Made by a program: the position numbers and the translations under genes
Part shown: in pieces, positions 40,082 through 53,170 of the stretch
How the letters are laid out: every line of letters begins with the position of its first letter
Position numbering within the stretch: the stretch's first letter is position 1
Assembly: GCA_964016885.1 (NCBI GenBank)
Contig: OZ024742.1
Span: 216,380,001 to 216,444,000, forward strand
DNA: 64,000 nucleotides
Origin: Eledone cirrhosa
Lineage: Eukaryota
Reading direction: 5' to 3'
Notes under the pieces: generated by a model
Told to the model about the DNA's origin: nothing
Databases searched by the model: none
The model's input: only the letters and a program-made list of their open reading frames with translations

Positions 40082-41991
40082 ACCAATAAAAACATTAGAG
40101 ACGGCACAGAACAGTACAGGTCGATACAAAATGGGTTTGGTCGTGTAAACAGGTTATAACAAAATCGGACTAGAAATCAAAAAAAAATTCAAACAACAAA
40201 AATTCCCCAAGTAGGAAACCGCCAAGTTTCACTCGTGGTGAAAAGACCACGGCCACCCTGACCACCAGGGCAAGCGCCCCCTCTCTATTTTCCCACTCCT
40301 TAGTCTACAGGCGTATACTCATAGCAGGCCCATTCTCTCGGACCAGACTCGCCCATTTCACCCACCTTACAACAAACTTACTAGAAGACAACACTTGCCT
40401 CTCCACCCTGATTTTCCTCTTCAAGTAAAACTTTAAAAAGTTAATCAGGGATTGGCCGGAGAGGAAAGTGTCCGTCTTCAACCCTTTCAATCTTGTCCAC
40501 CACACAATCTCTTTCGTCATGGCCACCAGTCAGATGAAAACTGCCTGCCCTTCCTCCTCTTTAAAGGAGGATGACGGGGCTATCTACACAATGGACTCAG
40601 TCGATAACCGGATCCGTCCTACACGCGACAACAGCTGTTTGACATAGCTCCACAAGTCAGCAATCCTCAAGCACTGAACGAGTGCGTGCAGGACGATATC
40701 GTCGCCTTGCTCGCATCTCGGACAGGCTCGGCTGACAGCACCTCCATGCCTGTAGAGCTTATCCCGAACGGGCAACGCTCCCCGGTAGCACTACAAGGCC
40801 AGGGGTTTCCGGAAGTTGTCCATAGGCCCCGGTCTGAAAGTTCTCTTGAAGAGAGCGAACAGCTGATCGTCTCCCGGAGAACGTCATCTCTCTTTCCCTC
40901 CACTAGCCCTCTATAGAACGCGGAGGTGGATGTTCCACCGATACTAGTGCCCAGCCGGTAGAGGGCGGTGAGCGCTTGGAGACATTCTAGCTTCCAAGCG
41001 CTATCCCTCGGTCTTTTCCTGATCCAGGACTGCAGCTCCGTTAATGAGACGAGCTGGGGAAAAACACGTCTGGCAAACGGTGACCACACCTGTTCACTGT
41101 CAAGGTAGCACCAGAGATGTCGCAGCCTCAGCTCGTGTTTGCGCATCATCAGCCACGGCATACCCAGCCCTCTACGCAACGAGTGTTGATGGATCGCCTG
41201 ACCATGGGAGCACGTCCCTTCCATAAAAAGCGGAAGAGGAGGCGCTTCATTTTTGTCAGAGTTGGGCCGGGGCAAGGCAAAACGTTAGGCGATAGCAGAT
41301 GACGGATGCAATGAACGTATTCACTACCTCTGCCCGACCTTTCAGAGACAGCTTCCTCTCGGCTCATTTCTGGGTGAGAGGTCACCCTGTTCGTCACTTC
41401 ACTCCAGTGTTTCTCCATCTGAACGTCCGGACCGAACCAGACCCCGAGCAATTTAACCGGTCCTTGCGTCCAGCGCTCCACGACACTGTCGGGCGGCATG
41501 GACTTGCCTCTCCAGCCGCCGAGCTGCAAGCCCACCGACTTTTCCTGGTTTAACTTTGCTCCTGTGACTGCTTCATATTCCTTGAGAGCGGTGCCCAGCA
41601 TCTGGACATATCCAGCGCTTGACACCACCACGCTGACGTCGTCGGCGTAAGCCGATACGGATATCCCACATCCCAGTTCGCGTGGGACGTCTCTCATCGC
41701 CTCCAATTTGCGCAGTAATGGCTTTAGGGCCAATACGTACAAGAGTGGCGAGAGGGAACAACCCTGACGGACCGAACGTATGATGCTAAACGGCTGTGAC
41801 AGATGACCGTTCACCTTCACAATTGAGCAGGTGACGCTGTGCATCGCAGCGAACCAACCCCTGAAAATGGTCCCGAAACCAGCCGCCTCGAGGACCGCCG
41901 CCAGATACCGATGGTCGACCCTATCAAATGCCTTAGATTGATCTAAGTTTATCAGGGCCCTACCCGTACCAGGTTCCTAAACCACCCGCTC

Positions 41992-41992
<1 letters not shown>
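40082..41992 (-). mobile_element. 5'-truncated Tx1/L1-clade LINE (RT C-terminal half, CCHC, 3' UTR)
   Basis: SVRQGCSLSPLLY, AYADDV, KLLGVWF, CPRC...HALVQC; frameshifted. Confidence 0.88.
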
Positions 41993-42041
<49 letters not shown>

Positions 42042-42253
42042 TGCAACCAGCGCTTGCAAACTGATACTGTATTGAAACATGTGTTAACGAATGGAATTTG
42101 ATTAAATGCTTCACTTCTAACTTCACGCCCAGTCGTTTGTATTTCCTTTACATTTAATATATATATATTTTAATAACATACAAGAACATAGTCATATATC
42201 TAATGAGAAATTGCGATTTAGAAAATGTATTATTAGATTATATTATTACATAA

Positions 42254-43020
42254 CGCATAGTTACGTCCCTTTCCATTCTGAGTTCAAATCCCGCCGAGGT
42301 TAACTTTGCCTTTCATCCTTACGGGGTCGATAAAATAAAGTACCAGTAATGCACTGGTAATTGCTGGCCTTGTGCCAAAAGTAGAAACAATTATTACATA
42401 TATTATTACATATATTATTACATATATTATTACATATATTACATATATTACAAATCCCACCGAATCAGACAGACAGACATTCTCTGTTATAGATATATAA
42501 ATAGTTACGGCTTTTTTACTTTCTGAGTTTAAATCCCGCTAAGGATAACTTTGCCTTTCATCCTTACGGGGCCAATTAAATAAAGTACCAGTAATGTACT
42601 GAGTAATTGCTGGCCTTGTGCCTAAAGTAGAAACAATTATTACATATATTAAATTATATTATTACATATATTAGGCGGTGAATTGGCAGTATCGGTAGAG
42701 GGTCGGACGCCATGCTTTCTAGCATAGTTAGTCCCTTTACATTCTGAGTTCAAATCCCGCCGAGGTTAACTTTGCCTTTCATCCTTACGGGGTCGATACA
42801 ATAAAGTACCAGTAATGCACTGGGTAAGTGCTGGCCTTGTGCCTAAAGTAGAAATAATTATTACATATATTAGATTAGATTATTACAAAGTTAACCTCAG
42901 CGGAAGTTCAAATGCCGCAGAGGTTAACTTTGCCTTTCATCCTTACGGGGTCGATAAAATAAAGTACCAGTAATACACTGGGTATTGCAGGCCTCGTGCC
43001 TAACGTAGAAACAATTATTA
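42254..43020 (+). mobile_element. Cluster of four head-to-tail SINE copies with attacatat linkers
   Basis: Copies at about 42254, 42500, 42673 and 42905. Confidence 0.85.
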
Positions 43021-43129
43021 TTATCGTCACTATTATTATCATGGATTAAATTGTGCCTGGTTGTATGATTAATGGATCTTTGGATCGAAACAACTGGAAT
43101 TTAAGAATTTCTGTCATCTCCATTAAAAG

Positions 43130-43184
<55 letters not shown>

Positions 43185-43185
<1 letters not shown>

Positions 43186-43680
43186 TTGGTGTGGGATGCT
43201 TAAAGCGTCCGTAACCGGTAGGTCGTTTGAATACTCGATGCTCTTACAGATCAGAGTATGATATCACATCGGAAACGGAGAATCAGTGTTGCGACGAATA
43301 AAATTTATTAGACATATTACAATCGTTTCTCTGGAGACCAGGTCGAGGCAGGATCGATGTAATGATCGAACCTCACTCTGAAATCGCAAGGTACTCAGAT
43401 ACGACTCGATTCTACGAAGCAGAGTTTCTAAATGTCCAGTTACACCGGCGGCCATCACTCGGCAGCTTAGATCCTGTTGTTGTCTTTCGATGAGTGGCCA
43501 AGAACATGTTGATTTAAAACTGCACTATTCACAAGTGTTTTTTAACCTTCATATCATGTCTCCCTATTTTATCTGACGAAAACGCAAATGTCATCGCATG
43601 ATGATATTTGTTTTTGAAATGCGCATAATAAAATACATGGAACTCTGTTAACCATCTTTTTATCTTATATATTATATATA
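43185..43680 (+). mobile_element. Non-coding HHR-bearing element between (TA)n tracts (family of the 16257 palindrome)
   Basis: 43506-43676 matches 16427-16596. Confidence 0.7.
43565..43635 (+). ncRNA. Type I hammerhead ribozyme
   Basis: tattttat-CTGACGA-aaacg.caaatgtcatc.gcat.gatgatatttg.ttttt-GAAA-tgcgca-TA-ataaaata. Confidence 0.8.
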
Positions 43681-43738
43681 TATATATAAATGTGTGCGTG
43701 CGCGCGTGTATTAAAATTAGTAGTAGTCACTGCATCAT

Positions 43739-43789
<51 letters not shown>

Positions 43790-44035
43790 TATAGTAGTAG
43801 TAGTAGTAATAAATACAAAGACCAAAAACCATAGACAACTCGGTACGATCTGTGTATACATTTATCGCCATTAGTCGCTGGTATACATGAAAATCTGGCT
43901 GATCAGTGGGTTGGCTAATATGCAGATCTGACCGATCAGCCAGTCTACTAATATGCAAATCAGGCCGCTCAGACACTATATTTTCCAGAAAATATATATT
44001 TTCACTAGCCCTGACAGATGGCAGGTAGGCACTAT

Positions 44036-44082
44036 ACGGTACTGATGAAGGGTAATCATCCAGAAACTTCAGAGTCTGCCGT
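44036..44082 (+). ncRNA. Type I hammerhead ribozyme, canonical core
   Basis: acggta-CTGATGA-a.ggg.taatca.tcc.a-GAAA-ct.tcag.ag-TC-tgccgt (GUC site). Confidence 0.82.
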
Positions 44083-44281
44083 TATGTTTATATATCAACA
44101 CAAGAACAAGAATAACGGGGTCATTCTACTTACATGGCATAAAGAAATTGCAAACGAAACAAATATTATTATTAATATTAAGAGAGAAAGAGAGAGAGAT
44201 TAGGGGGATAGATAGATAGATAGAGAGAGAGAGACAGAGGGAGAGAGAAAGAGGGAGAGAGGGAGAGAGAGAGGGGGAAAT

Positions 44282-44325
<44 letters not shown>

Positions 44326-44517
44326 GGAGAGAGAGAGGGACAGAGAGATTGAGTGAGAGAAACAGGAAGAGAGCCGGTTGGTGTAAATGTGATATTTGCT
44401 TATATTAGTTTCAAATATTTATATCTGCGTCTATACATTGATATATATCTCAATTTCAGATGATCTCGTAAAAAGGATGAATGTCGAAATATTTTGCTTC
44501 AACTTTAAAACTGTAGT

Positions 44518-44611
<94 letters not shown>

Positions 44612-44709
44612 AATGAAAATAATAATATATAAGTATTGAAGTATCCGTTGAAGAATTTAAATAGTCATAGGAGTGAAGTCTGCTATATGTAAGTACCAGA
44701 GCTAAATTC

Positions 44710-45605
44710 AATGTATAATAAACAATACAATATAATTACCTCATTACCAGAGGTTTCCCGAATAAGACGAATACAAGAAACGTCCCCATTCTTTCGTCAG
44801 ACAGGGTAATTTAAAACATAGTGAAATATTTGAAAAATCTTCTCAAGTAAGGCAAAAGTTTAACGGGCAAAAAAAATATATAAATAAAAATAATGCAAGA
44901 GATATATGAAAATAGAATAAGGAAATATAGTTAGGGTATGTGTATAAATGTGTGTATATTCACTCACAAATGTACATAAGTGTGTATGTACAAATGCATG
45001 TGTATAGTGAAAAAGTGTGTGCGTAAGTACATATATGAGGGCAAGCATATCAGTGTATGCGTGACCACAAATACGTATATAATATATGTTGAAAAAGAAA
45101 TTGTAAGATAATAGAGTTAACGTACATTCAGACTCAGGTACTAAGGATTGAAATATATACACATACAATTATGAAAGCTCGCGTATAAACACACACACTC
45201 GCGCAACGACATACATGCAAGTGATATATACAGGGAAGGGAGTGTATCAGTCAAAGCAGTGTCAGGCTGAAGGTCGATACATATATAAAAAATATAAAAT
45301 GTGAAAATGAAAAAATGAAAAAGTTAAAAAAATTAAAAAATATATGAGAATAGATAAAATTAAATCGAAGAGAAAGTAAGAGAGAGGGGTTATCAATTAT
45401 AAAGTAACACTAGAAAAATAGAAAACATACATAGGTTCGTACGTACATATATATATATAAATATATATATAAATACGTACAGACAAAAGCACATACATAC
45501 AAAGGTGCGCATACATACACACGAAGCACATATATATATATACGTACATGTACATCTAATCACACGCACGCACGCGACTATATATATATACACACACACA
45601 TACAC

Positions 45606-45636
<31 letters not shown>

Positions 45637-47341
45637 CATATACACACACACACATATACACACACACGCGCACATACGAATGCATTCGTATACATATACA
45701 AACACGCATACACACACACATGCACGCTCACACGCATAGATACAATATAAAAACCAGCCGTATGAGTACAAATTATATGCAAGTAAACTTACATAAAAGC
45801 GGCTGAGAGACAACAGAATATATCTAGAGTTGAAAATGCAAGTGACATGTGAAAGAAAATAGGGAAGTAAAATATAAAGTAAGTGAATCAAAAAGAAGGG
45901 GGGGGGGACTGGTGGATGTGAAGTAAAATTAAGTTAAAAATAAAAATTAAAGTAAATCAGAAAGGGAAGTCTGTAAAGAGGGTAATTTAAGGAAAGTGAA
46001 GGACAAAAGTTTATGGAGGATAAGTATCTGAAAGTGAGTTAAGTTTTTATGAGCTGGAAAGCAAGTGTGATTTCATGTGGGCAACTGGTGGAAATTTCTG
46101 TTTTTGCATTTAGGCAGGTTTTTTGGTGATTTATATTTTACTTCCCCATTTTCTTTCACTACCTGATATGATATGACATGTCACTTGCGTTTTCAACTCC
46201 AGATATATTCTGTTGTCTCTCAGCCGCTTTTATGTATGTTTACTTGCGTATAATTTGTACTCATTTATTCATACGGCTGGTTTTTATATTGTATCTATGC
46301 GTGTGAGCGTGCATGTGTGTGTATGCGTGTATGTATACGAATGCATTCGTATGTGCGCGTGTGTGTGTATATGTGTGTGTGTATGTGTGTTTTTATATCT
46401 ATGTTTTTTACACACTTATGTATATGTGTGTGCATCTGTATATATATATATATGTATGTGTATGTGTATGTGTGTATATATATATATATATAGTCGCATG
46501 CGTGCGTGTGATTAGATGTACAAGTACGTATATATATGTGCTTCGTGTGTATGTATGCGCGCCTTTGTATGTATGTACGCATGTATGTTCTTTTGTCTGT
46601 ACATATTTATATATATATTTATATATATATATGAGTACGTACGAACCTATGTTTGTTTACTAGTTTTTCTAGTGTTACTTTATAATTGATAACCCCTCTC
46701 TCTTACTTTCTCTTTGATTTAATTTTTTTTATTCTGATATATTTTTTCATTTTTTCATTTTTTCATTTTTTTCCTTTTCATATTTTATATTTTTTATATA
46801 TATGTATCGACCTTCAGTCTGACACTGCTTTGAATGATACACTCCCTTCCCTGTATGTATCATGTGCATGTATGTGGTTGCGCGTGTGTGTGTGTTTATA
46901 CGCGTGCTTTCATACTTGTATGTGTATATATTTCAATCCATAGTACCTGAGTCTGAATGTACGTTAACTCTATTATCTTACAATTTCTTTTTCAACATAT
47001 ATTATATACGTATTTGTGGTCACACATACACTGATATGCTTGCCATCATATATGTACTTACGCACACATTTTTTCACTATACACATGCATTTTTACATAG
47101 ACACATGTACATTTGTGAGTGAATATACACACATTTATACACATACCCTAACTATATTTCCTTATTTTATTTTTATATATCTCTTGCATTATTTTTATTT
47201 ATATATTTTATTTGCCCGTTAAACTTTTGCCTTACTTGAGAAGATTTTTGCAAACATTTCACTGTTTTAAATTACCTTGTCTGACGTCTTATTCGGGAAA
47301 CCTCTGGTAATGAAGTAATTATATTGTATTGTTTATTATAC

Positions 47342-47344
<3 letters not shown>
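44710..47344. repeat. 2.6-kb inverted repeat (arms about 1.2 kb, spacer about 250 bp) of an HHR-bearing non-coding element
   Basis: 44710 to about 45885 is the reverse complement of about 46130-47344. The ORF track shows mirrored peptides on the two strands. Confidence 0.92.
44735..44810 (-). ncRNA. Type I hammerhead ribozyme
   Basis: attaccctgt-CTGACGA-aa.gaatggggacg...cgtcttattc.gg-GAAA-cc.tct.gg-TA-atgaggtaat. Confidence 0.72.
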
Positions 47345-47421
<77 letters not shown>

Positions 47422-47481
47422 CATATATACATATATATACATATATACATATATATATACACATATATACATATATATCTA

Positions 47482-47573
<92 letters not shown>

Positions 47574-47764
47574 AATCTACCACTCAATGGTAGGGTCTAA
47601 ACCATATAAAGAACTCAATGTAATCCGTATGTAGAAGATGTCGTGAAGCAATGTTTAAAATACAAAATTCTTTATCAACAATATAATTCAATTGGATACA
47701 CAGTCAAAATAGAAATATTAAAACAATGAAATTAAACACAAAACTGTTAATTCATAGTAAAACA

Positions 47765-47910
47765 CATTATTTTACGATTGTTTCTGGGGGGGGGGGGGGT
47801 GAATCTCTGTATGTTCATTTAATTATTGATCTATGTAAAACACATTACAATATATCATAGTGAGAAAAAAATACATACGACTTCACTACCCGCCTTCTTT
47901 AGAAATAATG
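47765..47910 (-). ncRNA. Degenerate hammerhead with a long stem II in the PLE 3' UTR
   Basis: cattattt-CTAAAGA-...-GAAA-caatcg-TA-aaataatg (perfect 8-bp stem I, mutated core). Confidence 0.55.
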
Positions 47911-48435
47911 AGTTTTGTTTATTGAAGAATACAAAAAAAACATACATATGAATAAGTAAGGTTTTATAACCAGGTTGAAATTGAACAATGTTAAGAATGG
48001 AAGGGGCAGTATAAATCCTTAAGGCTGGTGGTAGTAGATGAATAAATAGGCCATCAGTGGATAATGTATCAAATGTCTTTTAAGAAAAGAAATGAGAGTT
48101 GTTAGTGTAAATGAATTTAGGCATATTGTATATAAAAGTATTGATGGTCAAAGAAGATTACAGTTGGAGGAGTATGGGTACTGAGATTAGTGTGTTACAT
48201 CAAGTAGAATGGAATAGAACAATCTTAAAAAGTTAGTAAATTTCTTTGTTGTGAGGAATAATTTGTTCTAAAAATATATAATATTAAAAAAATATATATA
48301 CACATGTATAGTTACACATGTTTATATATAGGCATACATTTATGCATATACATACATATACACACACAGATATACATATTCACACACACACCTATACTCA
48401 CACATTTATTCACCTATATCTTTTTCTATATTTGT

Positions 48436-49650
48436 TTAGTTGTATTTATAATATTTGAATGTCCTTCTAATTTTATGGTTACATACTAAAATTAATTCTT
48501 GTCTTTTATTTAATAGAGTGTCCTTCGATTTAGTAATTTCAAAAATGTCTTGGGAACATAGTCCGTACTCCCTTCTATTGCCCTGATAAGAAATAGTTCT
48601 CTTAAGAATCTTCCAAGTTAGGTTATATTTAATATTCTTCTTTTTACAATCATTAACTGTTTCTTCTAAAGAAGTGGTATTTGCTAAATTTGTGTTTCGG
48701 AAACTATGGCTGTGTGCATAAAATCTCGATTTAAATGGATTAGAAGTGGATCCTATATAGGATTGATTAGAGTCTTTAGAGGTGATTACACATTTATATA
48801 CTATATTATTAATTAAGCAATTTCCATTTAAGGGGCAATTTTCTTTTATTCTACAATTACAACCGTTTGCATATAGGGTTTCAGTTATGCTATCCAAATT
48901 CTCGATAATAGTGCTAGTATTTGTGTTTACCTTTTTATTTGGGAGAGAAGGGTTTACGGTAGGGTGGTTATAATCCGAATTGTTGCTAGTAGGTGAAATT
49001 AATCTTGATATAGCGTTTATGAAGTCATGGTTGTTTTGGGCGCTATTAGTTAGATTGGGTATGTAAATCTTAGTCCCTATTAAGGATGAGGAAGATGGTA
49101 GTTGGTTGTAGTCTACTATATTGTGCTCGCAAGGTGAGTGAGCGGATCTATCAGGTGGGTATGCAGTTATATTCCGGTTATGCGTTGTAGTATTACTATA
49201 GTTATCTTGTGTGCGGTGTACTATTGTGTGTGGTATAGATGGAGCTTTTTTACATTTATAGATGTTATATGCACTTATTTTTTGTTGTATATTGCTCGAT
49301 GTGGAGTAAGAACATTTTACTGTATTTCTGTTTAAGATTTGATGGTATTTGTGGTTAGGTGGGAAATGCTTATCGAGAATTGTAAAAATTCTTTTAGGGA
49401 TTTGGCCCATAGTTTGCAAGTTGAATGGAGCGTTATACAATGTTACATTTCTTTTATGGTTTCTAAAAGATTTCCTCTTGTTATATTGGGTATGTATAGA
49501 AGTTTGAGGGTAGATATTGTTATCAGATGAAATTATAACATTGTCTTTGTTATTATGGGTGTGAACTAATTGTTTAGTAGATTTTTGAATTGTATTAGTT
49601 TTTGATTTATTGCTTTTTGTTTGATTTGTAGAGGATATTGTGATTTTTTT
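48436..49650 (-). pseudogene. PLE linker plus GIY-YIG endonuclease reading frame
   Basis: The 48436..49440 frame stays open upstream to about 49650 (…RKSFRNHKRNVTLYNAPF). Confidence 0.8.
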
Positions 49651-50326
49651 TTAATGGAGCATTATTGATAGAACCTGGAATTTCGGTATCATTTTTGTAA
49701 TTATGTTAGTTCGGATATGTTTCTCTAGTTTTTTGGATTGCAAGGGTGTAGTTTGGTTATGTTGAAGGTTCGATGAGATAGGTGATACATCATTAGGTTT
49801 ATTGTGAGAATTAAGATATAAGGTGTTATTATTAACTGCTTTTTTTAAGAGTAGTGGAGTAGTGGAGTAGTTTCGCACGGTTGGTAGTAATAATATTAGG
49901 TAAGTTATAGAAATATTCGAAATCGTTAGGATTGATGATTTTTAGAGAATTTGTGTCGTTCGTGTTAATGTGGATATTGGGAGTAATGGTAGGATCTAGG
50001 TTTTTCGGTGTTTCATTGCTGGCACTAACTTTTAGGTGTTTTCTACGGTGTTTGTTGCTTATTATTGGCTGTAATCTAGGGGTATTCATGGTGTTAGGTA
50101 TGTAAAATATGTTATCTTTATAGCCACTTCTAATTAAAGCCTCATTATAATAAGGCGCATTTTTATAGAATATTTCTTCACTAGATGATAATTTAGATAG
50201 TCTGAGTGAGATATTGTAGACTAGATTTTTTAGTATGGAACTAGAGTGGTTAGATAGTGAATGTATATAATGGAGGTTTTGGTTTGATTTGTGGTAGGGT
50301 TGGTAAGTGCCTGTTGATAGGTCTAA

Positions 50327-50365
<39 letters not shown>

Positions 50366-50906
50366 ATAAAAAATGAGGAAGTTTCGTTTACATATGAAAA
50401 TATTTATTGCATATCGACCTATTACGCGCATTGTGCAGAGGATTTGCTCAAGCTGACCCATAGGAGTTATTGACCCGACTCCACTATCGATATGCTCCTC
50501 AGACTGGTGATGTGACAAAAGATATATTTTTGTTGTGGTATGTGGGCCGAGAAGGTATATATATATATATAGGCATCGGCCCTATTTTTGTGTGTGGGGG
50601 CGTATGTGTGTACTTTGGTGTAATTGTTGGGGCAGCAATGCGGGTGTGTATTCATTGATATTCATGAGCGTGTTTACATGAGCGCGCGAGCAATTCAGAA
50701 TCTGTGTGTGTGTGTGAGCACGTTTTGGAATGTGTATTGGCCAGTCAAAGCTTGCTTTGGTGTAAACATGAAGCAGGGGTTTGTGAGGTGTGTCACTCTT
50801 GGACGACCCAGTGCTGGTTTATCGTATTTTATGTTTTTTTTCAAAGAATTTAAAAAAGGGAGTTGTCTGGTTGTGGATAGTATTTGTAAGATTTAGAAAA
50901 TCAACA

Positions 50907-50938
<32 letters not shown>

Positions 50939-50965
50939 TTTGTGTGTATGTATGTGTGTGTGTCT

Positions 50966-51015
<50 letters not shown>

Positions 51016-51169
51016 CTGTCTGTCTGTGTGTATGTATGTGTGTGTGTCTGTGTCTGTGTGCGTGTGTGTCTGTGTCTATGTGTGTAAGTGTATGTGTGTG
51101 CGTGTGTGTTTGTGTCTGTGTGTGTGTGTGTGGCTGTGTCTGTGTGTGTATGTATGTGTGTGTGTGTGA

Positions 51170-51398
51170 AGGGTTGTTGTTAGAAAATTGGATTCTCAAT
51201 CGTGAGGTTGTGAGTTCAATTCAATGCGTTATGTCCTTGAGCAAAACACGTTGCTACTTCTGTCCGAATTTACAACCGGTAGATACTATTATCAATTGGA
51301 AAGACCAATGGAAACATTCTTTCCTCGGTCCGATTTGACGTGCTCCACCACACTCGTTAAGCAAATGAGGTCTGGAATCTTGTCGATCGATTTTCATC

Positions 51399-51400
<2 letters not shown>
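51170..51400 (+). mobile_element. SINE of the 23107 family
   Basis: Shared tgcgttatgtccttgagcaa and caattggaaagaccaatggaaacatt. Confidence 0.7.
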
Positions 51401-51430
<30 letters not shown>

Positions 51431-52721
51431 CATATCCAGTAGTAGCAGCACATTCAACGTAGGTTTTCACTGAAACAACTACTGAAACTCTGTGTTCTTA
51501 AGTTCTTAAAATATATGCAGTGTTACCTAATAGGAACATTTTTGTTTACTTAATTTGTTGGGTTTCGGAGTTTTTTCATTGCTTCTGATAATACACTCGA
51601 TAACTCTCTTCTGTTGTGAAACACATTTTCATTATTTGGATCAGATTGAAGAAAATACACGCTGTGTGTATTTTGTCATAATATTAAGTGCTTATTAGGT
51701 AAATATGTTCTATAGATTATTTTATATTGCTATAATGTGGCTGCCTTTAACAATATATATAGCGTGAGTTTTATTATGTTATTTGGAAATGATTAAATAA
51801 GGAAATATGTTCCTCTGTGTTTTTAATGTTTTATAGTTTTGCAATTCTGGATATAATGTTTTATTTTTTAAATTATTTTATTCTAGGGAGGGAGTTCTAT
51901 TCAAACCAATTACCGTCTAGCTTCTACTTTATTGTTTCATTATACACAGACAATAGCATTTCTTTTATAAATTGCTTTATATTATAAATCAAAATCTGGC
52001 TTTGCTTCCTTGTGTTTTCCCTGTCTCACCGTAGTTACGGTGTACTAAATTATATTTGTACTAAGCCCCTTTTCTCTTTGTCTTCATTGTAATTATATCT
52101 TATCAAAATCGGAGTTTAGTCAGTGGGTTCGGAATAAAGTGATTAGTCTTCGTTTGGTTCTATCAAAACTCTTCTGTTCAGTTACATTCCAATTTGTTTT
52201 ACTTAAGCTATAATTTCTACACTGATGGCTAGTATATTAATACTTATTATCTTATTTCTGGCATTGACTTCAGTTTTAATATTGGTTTAACTATTCTGTT
52301 GTATTTTAGTCTAATATCCCTTTGGTTTTGTGTTAAGTCTAAATTTTCTCTCAACCTCTACTCGTTAGTAAATGTGTGGCAGTTTTGAGTAAATTCTCAT
52401 ACAATCTAGTTGAATAGGTACAAGGTCAGATATATGTCTTACAATTTTACTTCCGGCTATTTACTTTCTATGTTCACATTCCGATGGAGACAAATATTCT
52501 TTCCAGGGTCGATAAAAGAAAATACCAGTCAATTACTGAGTCGATGTAATCAGAATAGTATGAACCAGGTTTGTAATTGTATCTCTGTGTTTGTCTTTTC
52601 TACCTTGAAAAATATACATAAATATATATATATGTGTATGTGTGTATGTGTGTGTGTGCGTGCGTGTATGTTTGTGCGTGTTTGTGTGTGTGTGTATGTA
52701 TGTGTGCGTGAGTGTGTGTGT

Positions 52722-53170
52722 GTGTTGAACACGACCCCGAGATACTTTAACATTTCTACCAGCTTCAGTGGAACTCAATTCACATGTAAAGAGCACAGCG
52801 CAGGCTTCCTTGAGAGGATGCGTGTCTCAGCAATGATTTTCATTCTTGGCAGAGTTGTTCTGCTAGAGAATGGGACGCGAGTGACGGATGACGATACGGC
52901 CACCAGATACGATGCCTATTTGCGATATAAGCGGGCAACTGCTGGCCGAATAAGACACCCCTGACCAACAGCGGTAATCTATTAAGCGAGAAGGAACAAT
53001 GGGTGTCCTCTATGGCTCTGAAGAAAACGCTTACATGTAGCTACGACGAGGCGAGTAAAGGCCGCCTCTAAACAAGTCTAATCTGCATGGGCTTGAATAA
53101 GACCCCTGAAACTCTAACTGCAATATGATGAAAACAAAGAAAGAACCATATCGCATGGGGATGCGTTCAG
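52722..53170 (-). mobile_element. Possible RTE-like LINE remnant
   Basis: Minus-strand translation …LKLVEMLKYLGVVF resembles the non-LTR RT C-terminal KYLG motif; short and degraded. Confidence 0.35.

Larger units (their letters stand above)
47572..50330 (-). mobile_element. 5'-truncated Penelope-like element (Naiad-like CxCx5Cx5C linker): RT thumb plus GIY-YIG
   Basis: LDLSTGTYQPYHK...YIH..SNH...RLSKLSS...Y..AL..SGY; RNVTLYNAPF...LNRNTVKCSYS; CNCRIKENCPLNGNC; IVYKC...YIGST..FKSRF..H. Confidence 0.85.

Noticed and set aside
50410-50515. Minus-strand CTGAGGA…acaa-tgcgcg-TA hammerhead-like motif
   Set aside because: GAAA is lost and stem I has a mismatch; too degenerate to call.
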